From NCBI RefSeq assembly GCF_001194135.2, contig NC_069004.1:8639209-8703199 (forward strand): 63,991 nt of DNA. Direction: 5' to 3'. This document shows positions 1 to 12,147 of the stretch, one piece after another. Source of the stretch: Octopus bimaculoides (Eukaryota). The first letter of the stretch is position 1, and every line of letters begins with the position of its first letter. Position numbers and translations under genes: made by a program. Below the pieces are notes generated by a model, which had not been told where the DNA came from, searched no databases, and worked only from the letters and a program-made list of their open reading frames with translations.

Positions 1-128
1 ATATATATATATATATATATATACATACATATATATATGTTTTGCCCAGCAACACATAGTTGCATTTTGCCCAGCAAGTTAACAATTCTGCCATCTTGCA
101 GCCTTCTGAAAGGAAATATTGAACTTAC

Positions 129-251
129 CAACACAGTGTCTGTTATCATCTGCCAAACGATATCCAATTGGACAAATGCATCGGAACGATCCAGGGGTGT
201 TGACACAACGGAACGCACATTTGTTCAGTTCTGTCTGACATTCATTCAAAT
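129..251 (-). CDS. FBN: Fibrillin exon, cbEGF34-equivalent
   Basis: 123 nt, AG/GT flanks; (D)LNECQTELNKCAFRCVNTPGSFRCICPIGYRLADDNRHCV. Confidence 0.95.
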
Positions 252-892
252 CTGTAAAAAGAAGGTGAACGGGGTGAAATGAGTGTTGAGGGTGGGGGGA
301 TAGAAAAAAACGTGTGAAACAGTAAATATAAAAGTGCTAACTTTAAATTTTATAGCTATATAATGCTATTAGACCTGTTGAATTGCCTATGTTACTGCTG
401 TTAATATTATCAATTAAAAATATTCACTGCGGATAATATTAACAAGAGTAACATCTTACTTTGAGTGTAAATACTTGAATGTTTTTGCTCACGTATATAT
501 ATATATTGCACCATATGGACCAGCTTGGTGCAAAACAAGGCATAACATTGGTAGATTTATAACGTGATGGACTTAGAATTTTTACCAGTGACTCATACTT
601 TAGAAGGTTGAGGCCTTTCAGGCCAGAACCCGAAACTACGGTATATAAGTAACTGAATGGCATATTCTTTAAAGGTATGCTTTTTTAATGTCTTAATTCT
701 TTATCCGTTTCCTCACCTACTGTTGCTTTTCTGTTATTTGGTGCCTTCTGACAGTTGAAATAGGAATTTAGCTCCTATTTCCAAACAGGTTGATGCATTT
801 TCTGCATCCTCATGCCTTTGTGCTAACTTAATATACATATATATATGAATCAATAATAATAATGATATAAAGATAATAAAAATGTACTTTAC

Positions 893-1012
893 CTTCACAA
901 GTGCCCTCAGGTCCAGGAGCATAACCATCCTCACAGGAACATTCAAACTGACCAATCAAATTAGTACAAGTTCCACGACCACAAATTCTTCCAGTCAGAC
1001 ATTCGTTTATAT
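893..1012 (-). CDS. FBN: Fibrillin exon, cbEGF33-equivalent
   Basis: 120 nt; DINECLTGRICGRGTCTNLIGQFECSCEDGYAPGPEGTCE. Confidence 0.95.
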
Positions 1013-1423
1013 CTGTAAAAGAAACAAGAAAATAATGCAAGAAAACAACAAACTAGAATGGTGGAAATGTTCTTTGACCTCTCTTTTACTCAGCCATTGG
1101 ACTATAGCCTAGCTACAGCAAACCTTGATAGGTTTTGCTTGAATTTATTGTGTCCCACTCTGAATTTTGTCACATGTGTTTTATCGATTTCTGTTTGGTA
1201 AATGGAATAAATCCACATTGGTATAAAAGTGTGTATCTCTGTTGGAATAAATACCGTAATGTATTCCTGTTCAATGTATTGATATATTGACAATCTTTCT
1301 CTGATACACCCATCCATCCATATATCCATCCATCTATCTATCTGTCTGACAATCTATTAGTTTGTCTATCTAAATAATTAAAAAATTGGTGTGAAATGTA
1401 TTTTCAAGAATCCAGTCTCTTAC

Positions 1424-1549
1424 CAATGCACCTCGTTTTCGTGTCATCCACCTGGAAACCGGTATTACACTCACAGCGGTATGAACCATCAGTATTGATA
1501 CAACGACCATTCGTGCAGTAGTCTGGATACATCATACACTCGTTGATGT
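1424..1549 (-). CDS. FBN: Fibrillin exon, cbEGF32-equivalent
   Basis: 126 nt; [42 protein letters not shown]. Confidence 0.95.
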
Positions 1550-2518
1550 CTGTAAAAGAAAAGGCAGCAGAGACGGAAGTGTTAGGATGATTAATGGTGC
1601 ATTGATAATAATGACAGAAGAAAATTACTTTGGGATGCTTTCTACATGAAATAATTACAGTTAAGGCACAAGCTAACATATTTAATGTTTTCCTTAATAT
1701 TACATCAAATATATTAATCGACACTTAATAATACTGAGAATAATGGTTGGTTGCTGGTCCAGTGTATGCACGTGTGTGTGTATGTGTGTGTTTTATTTAA
1801 GTATGCATTTGTATTTAGTGTATTTGTACATTTGTCTGTTTGTGTTCTTGTTTGTGTGTGTCTTGTATTGTTATTATTGTTTACTGATACAGTGTGTGAG
1901 TGTGTGTGCATGCATGTGTATGTGCATGTGTGTGTTTATGTGTAGTGTATTTGTGATCTTTGTATGTGTGTGTCTGAGTTTGGGCATGTGTGAGTAAGTG
2001 TGTGTGTGAATATGAGTATGTTTGCGTATGCATCTGTATGAGAGCATGCATATGTGTATGTGATTTTGTGTTTAAGTGCCTGTGTCTTTGAAAACACCAT
2101 CAAAGTACATAATAATAAAAACACTAATATTAATCATTTCTGATACTGGGGTGGTGGGTGGGAGAAGGAGGAAGGGGAGGAAAAGAAAAAGAAGAGAAGG
2201 AGGAAAGGAAAGGAGGAGAGGAGAAAAAAGAGGGGAAGAGAAGGAGAATAAAAAGGAATGAATAAGAAGGAGGGGATAAGACAATGAAGTTGATGAGTAA
2301 GATGAAAAGGAGGAGAGGAGGAGTAATAAGAGGTAGATATAAGTGTAAGAAAGATGGGGATGGAGAGGACAAAGAAAAAATATGAATGTGTCTAAGGAAT
2401 AAGATGAGGAAGGAATGGGAGAGGGAGAGGAGGAAGAGAGAGAATAAGAGAATGACGGAGAAGGAGATGAAGAAGCGGAGGTGGAAAATGGATAAAGAAG
2501 ATGCTTATATTTTCTTAC

Positions 2519-2581
2519 CTTTCCTGTTGCCATTTGGATCTTCAATGTGACCAATATAAGGACACAAGAGTTTGAAGGCTT
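2519..2581 (-). CDS. FBN: Fibrillin exon, TB6 C-terminal half
   Basis: 63 nt, tttctag/gtaag flanks; (K)AFKLLCPYIGHIEDPNGNRK supplies the 8th TB Cys; absent from the ORF track. Confidence 0.9.
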
Positions 2582-3086
2582 CTAGAAACAGAAAAAAACA
2601 ACAATAAAACGCATGAAAACAAAGCAGATATACATTAAGTTAACAGAGAATACCTTTAAAATAAGATACAAACAGCACACATAGTTGCTTAGATTCAAAA
2701 ATAAATGTAATGTACAAATAGATAAATAATTGATTATTTGTTTATCTAGCTGCTTATATATTTATAATGTTGATGAAGATGATAATGATTATCATGATGA
2801 TGAATATGATGATGACGATGGTGATGACAATGACTGATGGCGGTAGCAGTATGTAATGGAGATGATGATGATAATGATGATTATGTTGGTGTTGATGATC
2901 GTGATGATAAAGATGACAATGGTGGTGGTGGTGATGTTGTTGCTGCTACTGATGATAAAAATGATGCTGATGGGTATAACGATGATGATTGTGATGAAGA
3001 GGATGATGTTGATGATGATGTTAATTCTAATGTTGACAATAATGAAAGAGAATAAGTTAATAAATGGTTAGTGCTTCATTGCTTAC

Positions 3087-3236
3087 TTGTGTTCTGAGTA
3101 GGACACACGCTACAAATGGTATCACCCCAAGCAACACTCTTACTACAACAGCATTCTTTTCTGGTCATATTCATGGGTGTTGGATTCAAACATTGGCCAT
3201 TAGCAAATGTACGGTAGCAGATGCCAACTCTCATGT
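3087..3236 (-). CDS. FBN: Fibrillin exon, TB6 N-terminal half
   Basis: 150 nt; DMRVGICYRTFANGQCLNPTPMNMTRKECCCSKSVAWGDTICSVCPTQNT. Confidence 0.95.
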
Positions 3237-4078
3237 CTGTAAAATTGGAAAACAATATACATGTGAGAAAAAAAACATATATATATATATCAAAATAATG
3301 TTGCCATGTATGCATGATAAATATATATATATATATANNNNNNNNNNNNNNNNNNNNNNNNNNNNNNNNNNNNNNNNNNNNNNNNNNNNNNNNNNATATA
3401 TACAAAAAACGATGTCCGGAAGTTATATAATGTGAAAGTGCTCCTTTGATGCAAGTCTGATGAAGAGCCACTCTAATGTCTAAAACCACTACGATTATGC
3501 ACAGGAGTCGGTCCAATGTTTTGTTCACATGCCACCAACACAAGTGCCAGTAAGGCGAAGCTGGAAACGATCGTGCTCAAATGGTCCTTTTTACATGCCA
3601 CCGGCACAGGAGCGAGACCGCTACTCTGGCAGTGATCCTGCTCGGATGGCGCTGTTAGTGCTCCACTGGCACGGGTGCCAGTAGGCACGTAAAAAAACCG
3701 ATGCCAGTACTGCCGGACTGTCCCTCGTGCTGGTGACACATAAAAAGCACCCACTACACTCTCGGAGTGGTTGGCGTTAGGAGTGAATCTGAGAGGGGAA
3801 TATGTTGAATAAAATCCTAATTAACTGATCCTCCTGTATTTTCATTTACCCAAAACCAGCACCTCTTTGCATATCTTCAATTGAAGCCAAGAGACAACAG
3901 ACTCATTGATGTAGAAGCTGAATATAAACTGCATCATCATGCTCACCTACCTTGGAGAATCTGTATATGTCAATGACTTTGCCCTTTTCCTTCAGACTAA
4001 GCCCAACAAAAGAAAAATTAATTAATTAAATTAGATATTAAAAATTTAAAATAAAAGATAGAAACAACATTGTCTTAC

Positions 4079-4204
4079 CTATACATTTCCTCTTGTCACT
4101 TGAAAGAACATAACCAGAAGGACAATTACAAATGTACGATCCATCTGTATTGATGCAGTTTCCATTATAACAGATGTTAGATTCTGTAAAACACTCATCA
4201 ATGT
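4079..4204 (-). CDS. FBN: Fibrillin exon, cbEGF immediately before TB6
   Basis: 126 nt; [42 protein letters not shown]. Confidence 0.95.
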   Translation of the reverse strand, partial: TLMSVLQNLTSVIMETASIQMDRTFVIVLLVMFFQVTRGNV

Positions 4205-4436
4205 CTGCAAATAGATTCAAGATGAAAAATAAATAGCAATATTGTGGGTGTAACAGATGTGCAACAGATGTAGTTAATTGTGGAAGAAGCTATTAAGAAG
4301 AAAGATAGAAAAAGGTGACTATGTGGTTAAAGAAGTTTGCCTTGTGATCACATGATTTTGATTACAATCCCATTGAACTTTTAAATCCAAACCTAATGAT
4401 AACAAAAGGGATCTACTGTGAGCTGTTTGAGGAGCC

Positions 4437-4872
4437 TAAGTCAATGTTAGAAGAAAAAAGACCATCTTTGGTTTCAAGACAAAAGGTGTTCTTCCACCAG
4501 GATAATGTTTGGCCACATACAGTGAGGATGACATTCTAAAGGCTAGAACAGTTTGAACGGGAAACGATGCCCCACTCACCGTATTAACCAGACACTGCCC
4601 CATCTGATTATCGTTTATTCCGCAGTCTTCAAAATGATTTGGATGGAAAAGATATGAATTCTGTAGACGAGTTTTGAATAGTACTGGAGGAGTATTTTTC
4701 ATCACGGACAAGTGAATATTGGAAGAGGGGCCTTGCAAGTCTACCAGATGGAGGGAAAAGCATTGTAGAAAATGAAAGAGAGTGTATTTTCGATTAAAAG
4801 AACCTTGTTTCTCTTCGTTTTGAAAAATAAAAGAAGCATAAAAAACCGCATTATTTATGGGATGGCCCAATA
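4437..4872 (+). mobile_element. Mariner transposon 3' remnant (pseudogenised DD34D transposase C-terminus plus right TIR)
   Basis: + frame reads FHQDNVWPH..PHSPY*PDTAPSDYRLFRSLQN..YWKRGLASLP with in-frame stops; ends AAAAACCGCATTATTTATGGGATGGCCCAATA (TIR-like, terminal TA). Confidence 0.88.
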
Positions 4873-4903
4873 AATATGTGTGTGCATACATACATACATA
4901 CAT

Positions 4904-4976
<73 letters not shown>

Positions 4977-5127
4977 NNNNNNNNNNNNNNNNNNNNNNNN
5001 NNNNNNNNNNNATATATATATATATATATATAAATGTATGTGTGTGTGTTTGTCCCCTCTATGTTTAGCCCCTTGTGGGCAATAAAGAAATAAATATAGA
5101 ACATGTTAAGGATAAGTTGAAACTTAC

Positions 5128-5253
5128 CAATACATTCATCACCAGTATCAGAGAGTTTATAACCATTAAAGCAGGAACATTCGAAAGATCCTTCAATGTT
5201 GTTACATCTTCCATGATGACAGACGTAGGGAGTTTCTGCACACTCATCAATAT
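5128..5253 (-). CDS. FBN: Fibrillin exon, cbEGF
   Basis: 126 nt; DIDECAETPYVCHHGRCNNIEGSFECSCFNGYKLSDTGDECI. Confidence 0.95.
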
Positions 5254-5354
5254 CTGAATGCATAAGAGAAAGACAATCATTATTTTAGAGGCAAGTAAAA
5301 TCGCAAAGTAAAAGCTAACTAAAATCAGTTTCCCACACATACAGACTTGTCCTT

Positions 5355-5600
5355 TTATGTGCCAGTGCCGCCTAAAACACACCGGTGCCAGTGCTGTGTT
5401 AATTCACCCATGCTGGTGGCACGTAAAATGCACCCAGCATACTCTGCTATGTGGTTAGCATTAGGAAGGGCATCCAGTCATAGAAACCATGCCACAACAG
5501 ACAATTGGGGTCTGAACAGTCCCCTGTTAGCCAGCCCCATGTCAAACCATCCAACCCATGCCAGTACATGAAAAAGACGTTAAATGATGATGATGATATT
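5355..5600 (+). mobile_element. RTE-associated 3'-end repeat with (GAT)n tail
   Basis: GGCACGTAAAA..TTAGGAAGGGCATCCAG..CCAACCCATGCCAG..GACGTTAAATGATGATGAT; the same segment directly follows RT-coding sequence at 61785-62245. Confidence 0.6.
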
Positions 5601-5890
5601 TAAAAGGAAAATAAACATTGTGTTCAGTCATCATTTTAAAGGCACAATAGAAAGAAGGTTGTAATGTTGGGGCTATAGCTGAAAGAAGACATCACGTTCA
5701 ACCATTATGCTGAAAGTATTGGATAAAAAAAGAAAGCTCCCACCATATTGGAGGTATGATGAAACAGGAATATGGTGCTTAAATGAGATAAATAATAACT
5801 AGCACCTGGGTATGAATATTTGGGTACACTACAAGCAATATAGTATATTGGATAGGTACTATCCCTTAGTTGGTTTCTCAACCTCTAACT

Positions 5891-5960
<70 letters not shown>

Positions 5961-6209
5961 CACACACACAGAGGAAAGTAAATGGACACAGGAATGGCTG
6001 AGTGGTCAATAAGTTTGCTTTGCAATCTTGACGTCTCAGGTTCAATTCCTTGGTGTGACATCTTAGACACCTTTTACCATAACCTGAGACCAATACATGT
6101 GGTCTTTGGAATACTTAGCCACATACCCTTACACTGAGTAAGTATCTCAGTTGATTAAGCCACTGACATAGTGATACCATTTTACGTAAGATGGAGGGTG
6201 TATACTTAC

Positions 6210-6335
6210 CAAGACAGTTGCGGAAGTCCTGGGACAGTCTATAGCCAGTCTGGCAGTTACAGGTAAAACTGCCAAATGTGTTTAAACATCTTCCATTTTG
6301 GCAGATTCCTATTAACTGTCGACATTCGTCCATAT
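6210..6335 (-). CDS. FBN: Fibrillin exon, cbEGF
   Basis: 126 nt; DMDECRQLIGICQNGRCLNTFGSFTCNCQTGYRLSQDFRNCL. Confidence 0.95.
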
Positions 6336-7158
6336 CTGATGGGAAGATACAAGGAGATTACAGTTAGAGAACATAAGGAAAAGGATATGGGTACCTGGTA
6401 GGGTTTGAAGGTACACTGAATGGGGTTGTGTGATAGTAAGGAGTGATGTGACAGGCTGACGCCATTTTAGGGGTGTGTGATGTCTCAGTGTTTAAGTGAG
6501 AGAGACGGGAAGAAGAGAGAGGGGGAGGACGAAAGAGAAGGGAGGGAGAAAGAGAGTGGAAAGGAGAGAAAGAGAGGGAGAACTTGTTGGATAGATAAAT
6601 AGACTGACAGATAACTAGCTAGCTAGATAGTTATATAGATAGTATAGACAGAATGTAAAAAAGAAGAGAGTGAGAGTGAGAGAGTGTGTGGTGAAAAGAG
6701 AAAGAAAAAGAGGAAAGAGAGAGAGGGAAAGAGAGAGAGAGAAAGAAAGAGTAGGGGAAAAGAGAATGAAGGAAAGAACGAGATTGTTAGACAGGTAAAT
6801 AGACAGATAGAATGTGAAAAGGAAGTGAAGAAGGAGAGAGAGAAAGAGGGAGAGAGAGAAAGACGGAGAGAAAGAAAGATGGAGAGAAAGAGGGAGAGAG
6901 AGAGGAGTAGAGGGAGAGAGAGAGGAGTAGAGAGAGAAAGAGGAGTAGAGAGAGAAAGAGTAGAAAGAAAGAGGAGTAAAAAGAGAAAGTGGGAGAGAGA
7001 GAAAGAGGAGGAGAGAGAGAAAGAGGAGGAGAGAGAGAAAGAGGAGGAGAGAGAGAAAGAGGGAGAGAGATTGAGAGAGAGAGGAGACAGAGAGCGTGAT
7101 GTAAAGTGTGAACTCTAATGTAGGGTAGATAGAAAACTTTGATGGCGGGTTTCAATCC

Positions 7159-7769
7159 NNNNNNNNNNNNNNNNNNNNNNNNNNNNNNNNNNNNNNNNNN
7201 NNNNNNNNNNNNNNNNNNNNNNNNNNNNNNNNNNNNNNNNNNNNNNNNNNNNNNNNNNNNNNNNNNNNNNNNNNNNNNNNNNNNNNNNNNNNNNNNNNNN
7301 NNNNNNNNNNNNNNNNNNNNNNNNNNNNNNNNNNNNNNNNNNNNNNNNNNNNNNNNNNNNNNNNNNNNNNNNNNNNNNNNNNNNNNNNNNNNNNNNNNNN
7401 NNNNNNNNNNNNNNNNNNNNNNNNNNNNNNNNNNNNNNNNNNNNNNNNNNNNNNNNNNNNNNNNNNNNNNNNNNNNNNNNNNNNNNNNNNNNNNNNNNNN
7501 NNNNNNNNNNNNNNNNNNNNNNNNNNNNNNNNNNNNNNNNNNNNNNNNNNNNNNNNNNNNNNNNNNNNNNNNNNNNNNNNNNNNNNNNNNNNNNNNNNNN
7601 NNNNNNNNNNNNNNNNNNNNNNNNNNNNNNNNNNNNNNNNNNNNNNNNNNNNNNNNNNNNNNNNNNNNNNNNNNNNNNNNNNNNNNNNNNNNNNNNNNNN
7701 NNNNNNNNNNNNNNNNNNNNNNNNNNNNNNNNNNNNNNNNNNNNNNNNNNNNNNNNNNNNNNNNNNNNN
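7159..7769. other. Assembly gap (611 N) inside the TB5-TB6 interval
   Basis: Run of N. Confidence 0.99.
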
Positions 7770-7998
7770 TGTGTGTGTGTGAGTGTGTACGTTTCTGTGT
7801 TTGTACCCCCTAACATCGCTGGTGTGTTTACGTCACCGTAACAGAGGTTCGGCAAAAAAGACAGATAGAATAAGTACTAGGCTTACAAAGAATAAGCTCT
7901 GGGGTCGATTTGTTCGACTAAAGGTGGTGCTCCAGCATGGCCGCAGTGAAATGACTGAAACAAGTAAAAAGAGTATATATATTTTATTGAGAGTCAGA

Positions 7999-8709
7999 GA
8001 GATACATAGATAGATAGAGGTACATCTATCTATTACCTTCCCCCTTCTATTTCTTGAACGAAGGGATTCTGTAGGAGTAGTCTCCCCTGATTTTAACACA
8101 CAGAGATACATAGATAGAGGTACATCTATCTATTACCTTCCCCCTTCTATTTCTTGTACGAAGGGATTCTGTAAGAGTAGTCTCCCCTGATTTTAACACA
8201 GAGAGATACCTAGATAGATAGAGGTACATCTATCTATTACCTTCCCCCTTCTATTTCTTGTACAAAGGGATTCTATAAGAGTAGTCTCCCCTGATTTTAG
8301 AACAGAGAGATACATAGATAGATAGAGGTATCTATCTATTACCTTCCCCTTCCATTTCTTGTACGAAGGGATTCTGTAGGAGTAATCTCCCCTGATTTTA
8401 ATACACAGAGATACATAAAGGTACATCTATCTATTACCTTCCCCCTTCTATTTCTTGTACGAAGGGATTCTGTAAGAGTAGTCTCCCCTGATTTTAACAC
8501 AGAGAGACACATAGATAGATAGAGGTACATCTATCTATTACCTTCCCCTTCCATTTCTTTTACGAAGGGATTCTGTAGGAGTAGTCTCCCCTGATTTTAA
8601 CACAGAGATACATAGATAGATAGAGGTACATTTATCTGTTACCTTCCCCTTCTATTTCTTGTACGAAGGGATTCTGTATGAGTAGTCTCCCCTGATTTTA
8701 ACACGGAGA
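7999..8709. repeat. Tandem array, 7 copies of a 96-104 bp unit
   Basis: Anchor AAGGGATTCT recurs at 8061, 8161, 8265, 8366, 8462, 8565 and 8666; length varies mainly through (GATA)n copy number. Confidence 0.95.
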
Positions 8710-8803
8710 GCCGGTAGCATTTGATGATTCTGAGAAAGTTTCGTGTGTGCATGCGTGCATATGACGTGTGTATGAGAAAGAGAGAAAGAGACAATGAGAA
8801 TTG

Positions 8804-8871
<68 letters not shown>

Positions 8872-8923
8872 AGAGAAAGATCATTATCAGTTATAAAGAG
8901 AGATTCTTGTTTTTAGTGCTTAC

Positions 8924-9049
8924 CGATACAAGCATCTCGTTTGGAATTTATGTGGTAACCTTGGTTACAATTACATTTGAAACCTCCGTCCAAGTTCTGG
9001 CATCGACCATTTGCACAAATTCTGGGATTTTCACGGCATTCATTGATGT
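8924..9049 (-). CDS. FBN: Fibrillin exon, cbEGF27-equivalent
   Basis: 126 nt; DINECRENPRICANGRCQNLDGGFKCNCNQGYHINSKRDACI. Confidence 0.95.
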
Positions 9050-9245
9050 CTGAAGGGAAAACAGAAAAAAAAAAATAAATAAAAATCTCATGAATTAATA
9101 AATATACCCTTGATCAATTGACAACGATAACAATGATGACAACGATAATGATGATGATGATGACGACAATGATGATGATCACAATGATGATGATAATGGT
9201 GATGGTGATGCTGATGGTGACAAGAAACAGTAGACGAAGACTTAC

Positions 9246-9374
9246 CTCGACACCGTCGTTTATTGGGGGCCAGCTTGTACCCTACTGGACAGCGGCACTC
9301 ATAACTACCTTTAGTGTTGAGACAATTAGCATTGCCAACACAGGGACTGCGGCGACGTTCACATTCATTCTCAT
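9246..9374 (-). CDS. FBN: Fibrillin exon, cbEGF26-equivalent
   Basis: 129 nt; DENECERRRSPCVGNANCLNTKGSYECRCPVGYKLAPNKRRCR. Confidence 0.95.
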
Positions 9375-9938
9375 CTGAAATTGAAGAGGAAGGTTTAGTG
9401 AAGGAGCCTACTTTGTGGGGGAGAATTGAGCTAGTCTGCAAAATCTTAATTAGTTCTTTTTGTATGTAATTATATAAGCATATTATTTTTATTGATATGG
9501 AAATGTATATCTTAAGTTGAACTTTTTCATTTTTGGTGTGTGGAATCTTCTGAGACTGTGATTATTGAAAATGTTATATTTTATGTTACCCATTTTCTTG
9601 TAATTCTAAATTGACATGCAACACTTAAAACAGAAGAAATGTAACATCAAAATCTGCTGGGTAGGAGACGTTTAGTGTTCTGCTTTTAATGTTCTGGTGT
9701 TGGGTCTGTTTGGCCCAACACATTGGCATACAACATAGAGTAAGTGCTGAGAAATACATGAATTAGTCAATTCAATTCTAGCAACCTTGAAAGACTGTCT
9801 TTGCAATATGTTTATGGCTGACATAAAAGACAATATTACTGTCTTTTTCTTAAAACATCTAAAATCAGTCGAAATGAAATAGCATTTCTGATGGAATGAC
9901 ATAAACATGTAGAATAAGAACAACAATGGAGAACTTAC

Positions 9939-10067
9939 CTTCACACATGTGACTGAGCCGTTCATAGATGAAGCCTGGATCGCACTCACAGCGGAATGAG
10001 TCTTCTGTTTTGATACACCGACCGTTCATGCAGAGTCCTGGCATCATTTCGCATTCACTCATGTTCT
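9939..10067 (-). CDS. FBN: Fibrillin exon, EGF at cbEGF25 position with degenerate calcium consensus
   Basis: 129 nt, ttttccag/gtaag; (K)NMSECEMMPGLCMNGRCIKTEDSFRCECDPGFIYERLSHMCE. Confidence 0.92.
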
Positions 10068-10356
10068 CTGGAAAATAATTGTGGAATAAAGGATAGGGTA
10101 AATATACATGTGGCTAAACAAGTGTATTATTGAATATTGTGGAAAGGAATAAATAGATGAAGCGGGTAGAAAAAAGGGACCAGGAAATGTAGAGGAGTGT
10201 TGAGAGATGTTGAATAAATAAGAGTGGCTGTATACATATACATAAATATATAAGAGGTTCAGGCATGGCTTGGGTGCATGGCTTGGGAGCTAAAAGCCCT
10301 TATTTCTAGCAATGTAGGTGCTACCCTGCACCATCAATCACAATTAGTGCCAGTTG

Positions 10357-10416
<60 letters not shown>

Positions 10417-10505
10417 NNNNNNNNNNNNNNNNNNNNNNNNNNNNNNNNNNNNNNNNNNNNNNNNNNNNNNNNNNNNNNNNNNNNNNNNNNNNNNNNNNNN
10501 NNNNN

Positions 10506-10545
<40 letters not shown>

Positions 10546-11369
10546 GACACGACAGAAGTAAATAGACACCCCATTAAACAACGTTATACGTTTATTTTAA
10601 CTTGAAAAGTTTTGTATTTTTTATTAATGGACATTTTTATGTTTCAGGTTCTATATGTGACTGTTTAATCATGCCACATACAAAAGAAATCTTGGAACTT
10701 TCTCTTTTGAAATTTGGACAGATGAAATGCCACTAAGCATTTTGCCCGATGTGCTAATGATTCTGCCATCTTGTTGCCTTACTTCATAAGATAATTGTTT
10801 ATTCCTTTGCCATCTCATCTTCAATTTCCTGCTCTGCACCTGACTAATGCTTTGTTTTGAAGCATTGTATGTTAATTGCAGTTGTATTTCAGATTCAGAA
10901 AACAGCTTCTCCATTCAGATGATGTCTGTTTACAACACACTCAATTCAGTGAGACTAGGAGACTTTGAGACACGGTGTTTCAACCTGGTTGTGCCTCTTC
11001 AGTCAAAGTTACCCCTACATATGTGATCTAGACAAGAATTGCAGTTCTTGTTAATAGAATTTCAGCAAACAAATTATTTGTTGAAATGTGTTGATATCTG
11101 CCAAGTTGATAATCGATTATCATCCCACCCCATTCTCTGAAGTCTAAATGCAAAAGACATGTGTGTATGTATAATTTATCAAAGCTGAAAGCACTTCAGA
11201 AGTTAATCTAGAACCTTGAGTTTCAAATATCACATTTATCAAAGTCATTATTGTGTGTTTCATAGAGAGAGAGGTATCAATTTATAAGTCTAACAGGGAA
11301 TATAATGAAACATCTTCAAAAATTACAGTTAAGATCACATGATCCTTTTTAATAAAATAAATAACTTAC

Positions 11370-11408
11370 TTATGAATTTTGGTTCCTGGCAGAGATCCTT
11401 GTATGCCT
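11370..11408 (-). CDS. FBN: Fibrillin 39-nt microexon, TB5 C-terminal part
   Basis: ttttccag|AG GCA TAC AAG GAT CTC TGC CAG GAA CCA AAA TTC ATA A|gtaagt; (K)AYKDLCQEPKFI supplies the 8th Cys of TB5 and preserves phase 1. Confidence 0.85.
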   Translation of the reverse strand, partial: RHTRISARNQNS

Positions 11409-11921
11409 CTGGAAAATGATAATAATAATAATAATAATGGTAATAATGATAATAATAATAATAGTAATAGTAGTAGTAGTAGTAATAGTAGTAGTAGTAA
11501 TAATAATAATAATAATAATTCTTTCTACTAAAGGCACAAGGCCTAAAATTTGTGGGGAGGGGAGTAGTTGATTACATCAATTTCAGTGTTTCCCTGGTAC
11601 TTAATTTAGTGACCCCTAAAGGATGAAAGGCAAAGTGATGTCACAACTCATTTCCACAGATGAGTGAACTGGAGCAACATGAAATAAAGTGTCTTGCTTA
11701 AGAAGACAACATACAGATCGGTCCAGGGATTGAACTGACTACTTCATGAGTATGAACCTGATGCTCTAACCATTGAGCCATGTGCCTGTACATTTACTTG
11801 TGTGTAAACCATACTATTTCATATTTAATTTTAACTGAAAAAAAAACTGGGGTGTCACTTATACACAGGGCAAAGGTGATACCCAGTTTGAAGATGGAGG
11901 AAAAAAACTTTGTACCCAGAT

Positions 11922-12147
11922 TTAACCCACTAGCATCCAGATTATTTTGTTAAAGGCAAAGCTTATTTATTACAATTGTTTTGAATTAACCATGCAATAT
12001 CATCTAGCTTTGGGATTTTGATGATGTGATTATTTTTAAGATGACATTGTAGAGTAGGTGTGAGAGGTCAGATCTCACCAGTTTGAACATAAAAAACATG
12101 TAGAATTTTTGGGACTGATAGGTCTGGTTTAAATGCTAAAGGTTTAA
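11922..12147. mobile_element. TTAA-flanked piggyBac-type MITE
   Basis: TTAACCCACTAGCAT...ATGCTAAAGGTTTAA; the interior is the reverse-oriented homolog of 29501-29712. Confidence 0.7.

Noticed and set aside
439-663. 74-aa minus-strand ORF between cbEGF33 and cbEGF34 exons
   Set aside because: No Cys pattern or recognisable motif and no convincing splice sites; the flanking exons join correctly without it
3450-3495. CTGATGA followed by AAAAC as a second hammerhead
   Set aside because: Helix II would be only 3 bp, GAAA is absent, and no helix I partner was found
7999-8709. CRISPR-like array or hammerhead satellite
   Set aside because: Units are contiguous with no unique spacers, the context is eukaryotic intron, and no CTGANGA/GAAA core is present on either strand
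10669-10914. 81-aa ORF with an apparent GTAAGG donor
   Set aside because: The GTAAGG belongs to a SINE family A head and the peptide is unrelated to fibrillin
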